Assembly (NCBI GenBank): GCA_017609445.1
Contig: JAFCDY010000002.1
Span: 1 to 54,998 of the forward strand
Source: Candidatus Aenigmatarchaeota archaeon
Lineage (GTDB): Archaea; Aenigmatarchaeota; Aenigmatarchaeia; Aenigmatarchaeales; Aenigmatarchaeaceae
Reading direction: 5' to 3'
DNA: 54,998 nt
Made by a program: the position numbers and the translations under genes. This document shows, one piece after another, positions 26,392 to 34,577 of the stretch. The notes beneath the pieces are model-generated. The model made no database searches. It was given only the letters and a program-made list of their open reading frames with translations, and had not been told where the DNA came from. Each line of letters opens with the position of its first letter. Position 1 is the first letter of the stretch.

Positions 26392-27534
26392 AAAAATTAT
26401 TTTTGATACTGACAATTCTGGCGTTCTTGCCCAGCATAGTTTTAGCTCAGGCAAGTCTACAGGTAACTTCTACAGTCACACCAGACCCAGTTGTTCCTGG
26501 CAACGATGGCTATGTTGAGTTCGTGATAACGAACGTCGGCAATACAACTGCAGATTCACTGAAAGCCTCTCTCCAGAGAATAGAGTCTCCGCTTAAAGCA
26601 GAATCAACTAGCTTCATCGAGAGCATTGGTGCACTTCGGACAAATCAAGTAAAATCCTTTATATTCAAGTTCAGTGTTCCTTCAAACACAGCCTCTGGAT
26701 TCTATATAATTGAATTCAAGTTATCGTCTTGTTCGGACGGCGTATGCAGAAATACGATCCAGAGCGCCGCTGTGACTGTTCAGTCTCCGTCGAGCTTAAG
26801 GATAGATTCAATAGAACCAAACGAACTAAGGATCGGTGAGAACACAACCGTCAATCTTGTTTTAAAGAATGCTGGCGGGAATGAAATAAATAACATTCAA
26901 TTAAAATGGAATTCTAGCAGTGACATATTGCCGTTTGGTTCAGATGATGAGGAGTTTGTGTCCAGAATACAAGCAAATCAACAGTACACGATCCCTTCAA
27001 CAGTACACGATCCCTCTGAACATATTTGTCAGCCAGGGGGCTGACTCTGGAGTATATCCATTTGACATTAACATAACCTATGATGATGCAACAGGATCTT
27101 CACAGACAACGAGCACCACAGTAGGAATACTAGTGACTGGAGACGTTGATTTTGTAATAAGTCTAGATGAAACAAACCTTGCTTATGGGTCAACTGGTTA
27201 TGTTGACATAGATATAGCTAATAGAGGAACTGCTGCTGCAAACTTCCTATCAGTCATGGCTTCTTCGCCCTACGGGGAAAATGAGTTTTACATAGGAGAA
27301 TTGGAAGCAGACGATGAGGATGCAATTGAGCTGACGCAAAATCTCGGAGGGGCATACGGTCCGTATGATCTTGATTTAACTCTGACATATAAAGATAACT
27401 TTAACAACGAGCATGTTGTTGAGAGGATAGTGAGGGTCACCCCATCACCACCCTCATTCCTAATTGTCGGAACAGTTGTTCTAGTAATAGTTGTTGCTGG
27501 TGTCTGGTACTGGTGGAAGAAAAAGAAAAAGTGA
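26388..27534 (+). pseudogene. Secreted, C-terminally anchored surface protein (CARDB/S-layer-domain-like) of the ABC operon, split by a 19-bp tandem duplication
   Basis: Track ORFs 26388-27044 (signal peptide) and 26920-27534 (C-terminal TM plus KKKKK) are in different frames. Removing one 19-bp repeat copy gives a single 375-aa frame reading ..QANQQYTIPLNIFVSQGADSG.. Confidence 0.6.
26978..27015. repeat. Perfect tandem duplication, 2 x 19 bp (TCAACAGTACACGATCCCT)
   Basis: Read directly: 26978-26996 equals 26997-27015. Confidence 0.95.
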
Positions 27535-27539
27535 TATAA

Positions 27540-28733
27540 TTGATTCAGGAGAGCCTCAGAATATCTATTGACATGATTAAACATAGAAAAGTTAGGTTCG
27601 CTTTGACTGTTCTCGGTATTGTAATAGGAATAGCTGCTGTTGTCGGTCTGGTGTCAATAGGACAGGGTATGGAAACATCTATAACAGAAGCTTTTGAGTC
27701 GTTTGGCGCTGACAAAATAATTGTTTTCCCTGGTGAGTTCTCGGGGCCGCAGACAGGAAGCTATTCCATCAGCCTGGAAGATGATGATGTAGACGAGATA
27801 CTAAAGGTAAGTGGAGTTAGAGATGCTGCTGGAATGTGGGTTTTGTCTTATCCTATAAAATTCAAAGATGAAACTCAAACTGTTTACTTGTTTGGAATGG
27901 ACCCAGACAAAATTGAAGACATCTTTGAAGGTATACAGTCGTTTGAGTTGGAAGACGGCAAATTTTTAGAGAGGGGAGATAATTATGAAGCTGTTTTAGG
28001 ATCGCTAACAGCTCATTCTACTTTTGATAAGGATATTGAAGTTGGGGATAAGATAGAGATTAAAGATACCAAATTCAAGGTTAAAGGTGTGATCCAGTCG
28101 ACTGGAAGTCCTCAAGATGACAGATCAGCTATGCTATTGTTAACTACAATGAGGGAGATGTTTGACAATGGTAATGAGATCTCAATGATAATGGCTGTAG
28201 CAGATGAATCCAGAATTGAAAAAATATCTAAAGATGTCGAAGAAGTTTTAGAAGACAAATATGGAGAGGATACGATTTCTGTCACCACAAGCGAGCAGCT
28301 CGCAAGCCAGATAGGGGATATATTTGCTATTCTATCTCTGGTACTTGGTGCGATCGCGTCAATCTCTCTGCTGGTAGCTGGCGTTGGAATTGCGAACACA
28401 ATGTATATGTCTGTTCTTGAGAGAACCAGAGAAGTTGGCATAATGAAAGCTATCGGCGCAACAACCTGGAATGTTTTGGAAATATTCTTGATTGAGTCCG
28501 TTGTTATTGGAGCCATAGGTGGTTTGATCGGGTCTATTGTCGGTGTTGCATTTTCATATGGAATAAATATAATATCGCAGGGTTACTTGCCGATACCTTT
28601 GAAGGCAAGTGTCTCTCCGCTGTTGTTCTTGGCTGGAGTATTGTTTTCTATTATAATCAGTGTTTTGTTTGGTCTGATACCTGCGAGAAAGGCTGCAAAA
28701 CTGAATCCAACTGACGCACTACGATACGAATAA
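27540..28733 (+). CDS. ABC transporter permease (MacB periplasmic-domain plus FtsX family)
   Basis: N-terminal TM (RFALTVLGIVIGIAAVV), a large extracytoplasmic domain, and three C-terminal TMs with an FtsX-like loop (ERTREVGIMKAIGAT). Confidence 0.85.
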   Translation: MIQESLRISIDMIKHRKVRFALTVLGIVIGIAAVVGLVSIGQGMETSITEAFESFGADKIIVFPGEFSGPQTGSYSISLEDDDVDEILKVSGVRDAAGMWVLSYPIKFKDETQTVYLFGMDPDKIEDIFEGIQSFELEDGKFLERGDNYEAVLGSLTAHSTFDKDIEVGDKIEIKDTKFKVKGVIQSTGSPQDDRSAMLLLTTMREMFDNGNEISMIMAVADESRIEKISKDVEEVLEDKYGEDTISVTTSEQLASQIGDIFAILSLVLGAIASISLLVAGVGIANTMYMSVLERTREVGIMKAIGATTWNVLEIFLIESVVIGAIGGLIGSIVGVAFSYGINIISQGYLPIPLKASVSPLLFLAGVLFSIIISVLFGLIPARKAAKLNPTDALRYE

Positions 28734-28793
28734 TATATTTAAAGGTTTCTAGGATAGAACAAGAATAAATGCTTTTCGGTTCTTAATTTCATT

Positions 28794-29270
28794 ATGCCGC
28801 TATACTTACAGGGAAGTGATATTAGCACAGATGGTCTTGCGAGTTTCCGAGGCAATCTAACTCTTTTGACGGACCTCAGGAAAAGAAAAGGTCGTGGGAA
28901 AAATAAGAGGAGAGAAAGATATGCAACTATTTTTGAATTTAGTGATTATGAAATAGATGAAGGTGGCGGCAGGCCTATAGCTAGGATCAGAGTGTCTGAG
29001 ACAAACCCTAGGGCTGCTACATATAAATTCGAGTCTGGCAGTATGAATGATATAGATTCTACTGTTATAGCCATTCCACTGTCAACTGAAGCCTCTTCTG
29101 ATGGAAAAGTGGCATTATATCTTGATAGATCTTCTTTTGAGGGTTTGATAACCGAGCAAGAGGATGCGTTTAAAGGGAACAGATTGAGAGCCTACCCAGG
29201 TAAAATATCTGATGATTATCACAATTTCCTAGAGAGATGCTATCTTCTGTCTCAGCAACGAACTATTTAA
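28794..29270 (+). CDS. Hypothetical protein (orphan)
   Basis: 158-aa ORF with a basic patch (RKRKGRGKNKRRER). No motif recognised. It contains some CGN arginine codons, which are rare in neighbouring genes. Confidence 0.45.
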   Translation: MPLYLQGSDISTDGLASFRGNLTLLTDLRKRKGRGKNKRRERYATIFEFSDYEIDEGGGRPIARIRVSETNPRAATYKFESGSMNDIDSTVIAIPLSTEASSDGKVALYLDRSSFEGLITEQEDAFKGNRLRAYPGKISDDYHNFLERCYLLSQQRTI

Positions 29271-29292
29271 ACGATTTTTACGAAATAACACT

Positions 29293-29706
29293 ATGCAGAA
29301 ATATACCCACGTTATATTTGCTATCTTGCTCTTCCTTCTATTCAACTTCATCTTCCGCTTTCCGTTATATGTTTCGATCTTTGCTTTCATAGGAGCAATG
29401 ATTCCTGACATTGATTTAAAACCCAAAAAATATCACAGAAAGCTGCTTCACAATGTCTGGGTTTTGATTTTAATTTTGTTTGCAGGATTCTCTCTCAGTC
29501 TTATAGACAGAATGTTTGCAATAGCTTTCTCAATTGGATTTTTATCACATTTAATAATTGACGGAATAACACCAATGGGAATAATGCCCTTCTGGCCAAT
29601 TAAAAAACCTAGGATACGGGGGCCAATCAAAACAGGAGGCTGGGGAGAGTTTGCAGTTATGATTTTTTTACTGTTTATCATCTTTTTAATAGCTAGGTAC
29701 TTCTAA
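29293..29706 (+). CDS. Membrane-bound metal-dependent hydrolase-like protein (YdjM/DUF457-like)
   Basis: Starts with ..THVIFA, has four hydrophobic helices and conserved His residues (HNVW, SHLIIDG). Confidence 0.5.
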   Translation: MQKYTHVIFAILLFLLFNFIFRFPLYVSIFAFIGAMIPDIDLKPKKYHRKLLHNVWVLILILFAGFSLSLIDRMFAIAFSIGFLSHLIIDGITPMGIMPFWPIKKPRIRGPIKTGGWGEFAVMIFLLFIIFLIARYF

Positions 29707-29752
29707 CAGTAGGAACAAGCCTTTATATAGGTAAAACCTGAATATCTACAAG

Positions 29753-30043
29753 GTGAATAATTTGACATTCAGTTCAGAGATAAAAAAGACGCCTCTAAAA
29801 CAAGGAGACCAATACAAGGTGAAAATAACTTCTGAAGAGAACGGAAAGGGAACAGTTAAAATAAAAGAACACACAGTGTACGTGAACAACACAAAAAAAG
29901 GGGACAAAGTAAAGATAGTGATAACAGATGTCGCCAGAGAGAAAGCAAACGGAAAGGTCATACTTTCCACAGAAGGTCTCACTGAGGATGGATTAAGCGA
30001 AGAAGTAGCTGAACTGGAAGAAAGAGAAGGTGATTTAATATGA
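29753..30043 (+). CDS. TRAM-domain protein
   Basis: KQGDQYKVKITSEENGKGTVKIKEHTVYVNNTKKGDKVKIVITDV fits the TRAM beta-barrel pattern. GTG start in the track. Confidence 0.6.
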   Translation: MNNLTFSSEIKKTPLKQGDQYKVKITSEENGKGTVKIKEHTVYVNNTKKGDKVKIVITDVAREKANGKVILSTEGLTEDGLSEEVAELEEREGDLI

Positions 30044-30330
30044 ATATAGGTGAATTAAGCCCTGGGATGAGCAATGTTAGCTTAACGGCAAAGGTTTCTG
30101 AGGTATCTGAACCAAAGCAGGTTACTACAAAATTCGGAACCCAGACAACTCTTACAAACATTAAGCTAAAAGACGAAACCGGAGAAATACCAATGGCTCT
30201 TTGGGGACTGCAGTCTGACGGAATATCAGAAGGCTTGGATGTGGAGATCAGCGGCGGTTTCACAAAAGAGTTCAGAGGAACATTGCAGTTGGGAATTGGA
30301 AAATCAGGTTCTATCAAGCCTGTTCAATAG
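30040..30330 (+). CDS. Single OB-fold nucleic-acid-binding protein (short RPA/SSB-like)
   Basis: VSLTAKVSEVSEPKQVTTKFGTQTTLTNIKLKDETGEIPMALWG...LQL is the typical OB-fold pattern. ATGA overlap with the TRAM gene. Confidence 0.65.
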   Translation: MNIGELSPGMSNVSLTAKVSEVSEPKQVTTKFGTQTTLTNIKLKDETGEIPMALWGLQSDGISEGLDVEISGGFTKEFRGTLQLGIGKSGSIKPVQ

Positions 30331-31044
30331 GCCCAGAAAAGTGCCGTCGAGGAGATAGATTTCTGATTCTCCCCAATTTAGAATATTCTTCAGGATAGGT
30401 CCAAGGGGTTTGAAATCTCTAGAATTAAAAGGCATTCCGCCTATTATTGGGTTGAACACAGGCATTATTATGCAGTCTTCTAGATTTGCTTTTTTCTTAT
30501 ATTTTTTCTCTATTTTTTTGTTCCAAATAGAACATTTTAGCCAGCAATGTTCCACTGACCGGTAACCTCTCATCCAGAACTCAATCGCCGGGTGGACGTG
30601 AGCTATTACCAGATGTTTTGCCTTGAGGCAGTCTTCATCAAACCAGGCCTGGCCATGGCAGAACGCATGATCCTTGATTCTAAAGCCCTTTGGATTGTAG
30701 ATTCTTATTTTTTTATTGACCAGTGCCTCTATATCGCCGTCATGATTTCCCTTTACTATTGAGACCTTTACTTTTCTTGATATTGAGTTGAGGAAGGCTG
30801 GGATTTCTTTCGATTCCTGCCAGGATATATTGGGAACCTGGTGCTTTATGTCGCCTAGGATTATGAGTTCTTTTGCTTTTGTCTTTTTTATCAGACTGAA
30901 AATCCTCTTTTTTAGTTTGTCTAATTGTGAGGGTATTGATATTCCCGACTTGTAGATCTCGTATTCTATACCAATATGAAGGTCTGCTATGATCAGGGTC
31001 TTTCCTAATAAGAGGGCTGGTTCTGTCAGGAATCTTGCTTTCAT
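30304..31044 (-). CDS. SbcD/Mre11-related metallophosphoesterase (archaeal MJ0037-like)
   Basis: Motifs IADLHIG, LGDIKH, GNHD, HGQ and AHVHP. Its 3' end overlaps the OB-fold gene by 27 nt. Confidence 0.8.
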   Translation of the reverse strand: MKARFLTEPALLLGKTLIIADLHIGIEYEIYKSGISIPSQLDKLKKRIFSLIKKTKAKELIILGDIKHQVPNISWQESKEIPAFLNSISRKVKVSIVKGNHDGDIEALVNKKIRIYNPKGFRIKDHAFCHGQAWFDEDCLKAKHLVIAHVHPAIEFWMRGYRSVEHCWLKCSIWNKKIEKKYKKKANLEDCIIMPVFNPIIGGMPFNSRDFKPLGPILKNILNWGESEIYLLDGTFLGLLNRLDRT

Positions 31045-31131
31045 AATAATAGTGAATTTCCAAGATATTTATTTCTCATTCATTTCTGGTGGGTTATGTT
31101 ATTAACCATAAAGTAGTAAATAACCGATAAG

Positions 31132-31163
31132 TTTATATAGTACTAGACACTACTATGTAGTAG
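31132..31163 (+). promoter_or_regulatory. TATA-like box (TTTATATA, 31132-31139) followed by the palindrome CTACTATGTAGTAG (31150-31163)
   Basis: Read directly. The palindrome sits between the TATA box and the ATG at 31172, an operator-like position. Confidence 0.45.
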
Positions 31164-31171
31164 TGGTAAAT

Positions 31172-31291
31172 ATGAATATTGCGGCGTTACTTCAAAAAAA
31201 GGCAGAAAAAGCTGTCAGCGATCCAGAAGGATTTAGAGATGAGTATATGGACGACACAAGGAAGGAAGCTCTCAAGAGGTATGGTGAGTGA
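31172..31291 (+). CDS. Small ORF (39 aa), possible antitoxin-like partner of the downstream PIN-like gene
   Basis: Own translation: MNIAALLQKKAEKAVSDPEGFRDEYMDDTRKEALKRYGE*. The stop lies 5 nt before the ATG of the next ORF and overlaps its upstream GTG. Confidence 0.3.
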   Translation: MNIAALLQKKAEKAVSDPEGFRDEYMDDTRKEALKRYGE

Positions 31292-31296
31292 GTTTT

Positions 31297-31830
31297 ATGG
31301 CTCAGGTTTCTGGTGCAAGTGCAGGTGGAGCAAATTTTTCTAATGCTGGTTATGTTAATCCTGTAAATGTGTGGGATACTTCAAGTTTGATTGAAATAAG
31401 TGGTTCGCCATCATATAACGGTATACCTGGTGGTCAAAATATGACTACTTATGGCGGCAAAGGTGAGACAAGTGCCTACGCCCGTAGGGGTAGGATTGAT
31501 ACGGAACTTGCTGATGCAGTAGAAGTAGGATCAGTCCAAGATGAAAAAAGTTTTAAAGACTTGGCTAGTTTTGCTGCAGTTGTATCAAACCGCTTACCTG
31601 TTGTTAAAAGGGGCATGAGTAGTCCTCTTTCACATACAGATTCCAGGATTGTAGCTCTTGCAATTAGATATAGTATTGAAAACGGGGTTCTTGTTAATCT
31701 TTATTCAGAAGACCTCGCACTATTGCAAACTGCTAATGAAGTGTTAAAAGACATACCAGAAGCTGATGTTAATCTGATTTCAATTAGAAATGAACAAAAC
31801 CACGGACGTTATCCAGATCACTACGTCTAA
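31297..31830 (+). CDS. PIN-like nuclease domain protein (VapC-like?)
   Basis: Acidic PIN-like motifs are present: VWDTSSLIEI (N-terminal Asp), ..TELADAVEV.., HTDSRIVALAI and LVNLYSEDLALLQ. It uses CGT/CGC arginine codons, which are unusual for this window. Confidence 0.4.
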   Translation: MAQVSGASAGGANFSNAGYVNPVNVWDTSSLIEISGSPSYNGIPGGQNMTTYGGKGETSAYARRGRIDTELADAVEVGSVQDEKSFKDLASFAAVVSNRLPVVKRGMSSPLSHTDSRIVALAIRYSIENGVLVNLYSEDLALLQTANEVLKDIPEADVNLISIRNEQNHGRYPDHYV

Positions 31831-31832
31831 TT

Positions 31833-32300
31833 TCAAATTTCTTCAGGTCCAGCTATTTTAACAACCTTACTGAAGCCGTCTTTTTCTTTATCTCTCTCCA
31901 GCCTATACAAATACCCAGAAACAGCTGTCTCCAAGTTTGGGTCGTGTGTAATCAGAAATATCTGATCCACAAATTCAGAAACCTTGTCTCTCAAGACATT
32001 GGCCAGGTCCTCTACAGCTCTCGAGTCTAGATTATGGGTAGGTTCATCCAGGACCAACCACCTCAGCTGCGGTGCTAATACAAGAGCAAAGGCAATTCTC
32101 AAAGCCAAACAAGCTATAGACCGTTCGCCCCCAGAAGCAGTACCATCTGCAGGTATCCAGCCAGTGCTGTCTTCTAATTGTAAAATATAGTCCCCTTCCT
32201 CTATTCCCAGCCTTACCCCATAGAGATCCTTATAGGGATATAACTCTGGCCATATTGCTTCCATCGCCTGGTTCACAGCTGAGACAAAATTCTTTCTCAA
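31833..32300 (-). CDS. rad50: Rad50 C-terminal segment (signature, Walker B, D-loop); frame open upstream to 32345
   Basis: TASGGERSIACLALRIAFALV (signature), LVLDEPTHNLD (Walker B/D-loop) and ITHD (H-loop). Confidence 0.85.
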   Translation of the reverse strand: MRKNFVSAVNQAMEAIWPELYPYKDLYGVRLGIEEGDYILQLEDSTGWIPADGTASGGERSIACLALRIAFALVLAPQLRWLVLDEPTHNLDSRAVEDLANVLRDKVSEFVDQIFLITHDPNLETAVSGYLYRLERDKEKDGFSKVVKIAGPEEI

Positions 32301-34111
32301 TTGCTCTTGAGTGGAGACAATGGCTTTAATCTTTTTTTCTTTTCTTCAGCAATAGAAGAGATATTATTCATGTTGGTTTCAATTTCTTTTTCAAGCACTA
32401 TCAGGTCTTTGAATTCTTTCTCAAGATTTTCTAAAACTGTTGCCGAAAACCTAGAATAGTTTTGTTTTTCTTGCTTTAGATCATTCACTTTGTTATTATA
32501 CTCCTTTATTCTTTCAAATTTGTCATTAACTTCTTTCTTTTTCGATATAAAGTCCTTTGTCTCATCCCTTCTCTCTTTAAGTTCATCTGTCTTCTTTTGT
32601 ATCATACTCAGGGTTTTTTCTAACATCTTCCTCTCATTCAAATGTTCGAAAATCTCCCCTCTAAGCACCTTCAAGGCGTCTTTTGCAAATTTCAGTTCTT
32701 TGTCCTTGTCTTTTATGTTCTCGTATCTCTTTATTAGATCATCTATCTGGCTTAAATCCCTTTCTAATTCTTCTACAGAACTTTTTAACTTCTTTATTTC
32801 TTTTTTAGACTTGACTATAGTCTTTTGCAGGTCTCTAATGTTCTTTTTCTTCTTATCCATGATAATCTTCTTCTTTTTAGACGATAGTTTATTATCACAA
32901 ATAGGGCAAGAATCCTTTAATTTCTTGAATTCTGTGATGCTTTTGTCAATCTGCTCAATCTCAACCTGAGCTCTCTGAAGAGCTAACTGGTTAAATTCTA
33001 GCTCTTTCTTCAATTTAGACAGCTTTTTATCTGAATCTTTAACTTTAAGCTTCTTTAATTTCTTCTTTAGTTCATCCCTCTCCCTTATGATCTCCTCTAA
33101 TTCGGGAATCTTCTCAGAAACCATCAAAGTAACCTTAGCTTCTTTTTGCGCAATCACTTTAATCAAGAAATCAAAATTCGATCTTTCTTTTTCGAGGCTT
33201 TCCTGAATCTTGCTTATCTCAGTTGTGAGATTTCTGAATTCCCTCTCAAGGTCCTGGTCTGTTTTTTCAGCTATTGGCATGAGGCATTCTTTTAGTTTTT
33301 CTATATCTTTTTCAGCGACTTCTAGGAGAGCGCTTTGAGTTTTTATCTGCTCTTCTATTTCCTGTATCCTTTTTTGTTGTTTTTTTAGATTAGTTACTTC
33401 TTTTTCAACAAACTTCCTTCTGTCAGTTGTTTGAGATAACTTTTTATCAAGATTATTCTTATCCTGTATTAATTTCTCTAGTTCTCTTTTGATTGTATCA
33501 AGTTTTTTCAGGCTATCGTCAGATTCTAGATTTTGGTAGACTTGCTTTTTTTCTTCTATTGAAGTTTTTAGTTTTCTGGAGACTTGTTTGGCGGTTGCTT
33601 TTGCCTTTTCAAACTTGTCTATTGATAATAGCTGGTCTATTTTTTTCATTCTGAGTCCCTTTGGGATAGTTAAGAACATATCCAATTGGTTCTGTTCTGA
33701 ATAGATAGCTCTGGTGAATAGATCATAATCTAGTTTTAAGAGTGAGTTGACTTGTTTTGTCACCTTGGTTGATTGCGGGGATTCAACTAGATGGGCGTTC
33801 TTTCTCAGCTCAGCTGTTGTTCTTCCCTTGTCTATCAGCCTCTTGACTGTCCACTCGTTGTCGTCCAGCTGGAAGGTGACAGATACTTCTGCTCTGTCCT
33901 GTTTTTTTGGTTTTTTCATGATAATGTCTTCCAGCTTTATTTTCTTTGATTGTAAAGTTGGGAAGGTTCCGAACAATGCAAAACAGATTGCGTCCAGGAT
34001 AGAGGTTTTTCCTGCTCCCATTGAACCGATAAAACAGTTTGTTCCCTCTGAGAAATCGATATTTGTATCTAAGTGAGATCTCCAATTTTTGAGTTGTAGT
34101 TTGGTTATCAT
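32297..34111 (-). CDS. rad50: Rad50 N-terminal segment (Walker A, coiled coil, zinc hook)
   Basis: LKNWRSH...GSMGAGKTSILDAICFALFG (Walker A), a long K/E-rich coiled coil and a CPICD zinc hook. It ends 11 codons after an A7 run, where the frame switches to the C-terminal segment. Confidence 0.85.
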   Translation of the reverse strand: MITKLQLKNWRSHLDTNIDFSEGTNCFIGSMGAGKTSILDAICFALFGTFPTLQSKKIKLEDIIMKKPKKQDRAEVSVTFQLDDNEWTVKRLIDKGRTTAELRKNAHLVESPQSTKVTKQVNSLLKLDYDLFTRAIYSEQNQLDMFLTIPKGLRMKKIDQLLSIDKFEKAKATAKQVSRKLKTSIEEKKQVYQNLESDDSLKKLDTIKRELEKLIQDKNNLDKKLSQTTDRRKFVEKEVTNLKKQQKRIQEIEEQIKTQSALLEVAEKDIEKLKECLMPIAEKTDQDLEREFRNLTTEISKIQESLEKERSNFDFLIKVIAQKEAKVTLMVSEKIPELEEIIRERDELKKKLKKLKVKDSDKKLSKLKKELEFNQLALQRAQVEIEQIDKSITEFKKLKDSCPICDNKLSSKKKKIIMDKKKKNIRDLQKTIVKSKKEIKKLKSSVEELERDLSQIDDLIKRYENIKDKDKELKFAKDALKVLRGEIFEHLNERKMLEKTLSMIQKKTDELKERRDETKDFISKKKEVNDKFERIKEYNNKVNDLKQEKQNYSRFSATVLENLEKEFKDLIVLEKEIETNMNNISSIAEEKKKRLKPLSPLKSN

Positions 34112-34112
34112 T

Positions 34113-34577
34113 TTACAACAAACCAAGTCTTTTCATTATCATTGGTACGAACTTTGCATCAAAGATTATAACCTTTCCTTGATCAACTAATTTTTGAAAT
34201 TCTTGCTTGTTGACAAATCTCAATTCATTGAATTCATTATCAGTTGCCTTTTCAAGATCTGGCTTGGTTAATAATTCGCAGACAAAATACATGGCAATTC
34301 CTAACCATTCGTCGTACTCGTTGCTGAATTGTCTGGGGTTGCAGTCAAAGAAAAACGGCAATTTGTCTTTGACCTTTATATCAGCACCTAATTCTTCTCT
34401 GATTTCCCTCTTAAGCGATTCAATAACATCTTCTCCAGGTTCCAGCCCGCCACCTGGAATCTCCCAGTGATTTCCTTTCATTCCTCCTTCATGTTGAGGC
34501 TCAAAACCTATCAATACCTTGTCTTCGTCAAGTGCAATCATCTTCACTGACACGTAAAGTGGAATTCTTTTACTCAT
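34113..34577 (-). CDS. Nudix hydrolase
   Basis: Nudix box GGGLEPGEDVIESLKREIREELGA. It overlaps the mre11 stop by 8 nt, and its own stop lies 1 nt before the rad50 ATG. Confidence 0.85.
   Translation of the reverse strand: MSKRIPLYVSVKMIALDEDKVLIGFEPQHEGGMKGNHWEIPGGGLEPGEDVIESLKREIREELGADIKVKDKLPFFFDCNPRQFSNEYDEWLGIAMYFVCELLTKPDLEKATDNEFNELRFVNKQEFQKLVDQGKVIIFDAKFVPMIMKRLGLL

Noticed and set aside
26920-26977. N-terminal part (MTYCRLVQMMRSLCPEYKQINSTRS) of track ORF 26920-27534
   Set aside because: It is an out-of-frame reading of the upstream surface-protein segment. The second frame becomes meaningful only after the 19-bp duplication.
32490-32969. 159-aa plus-strand ORF inside rad50, plus similar antisense ORFs at 4450-4929, 34532-35026, 37640-38122 and 49467-49997
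   Set aside because: All are antisense to genes with strong motif support. The Lys/Glu-rich coiled-coil coding sequence of rad50 automatically yields long Phe/Leu/Ser-rich antisense frames.
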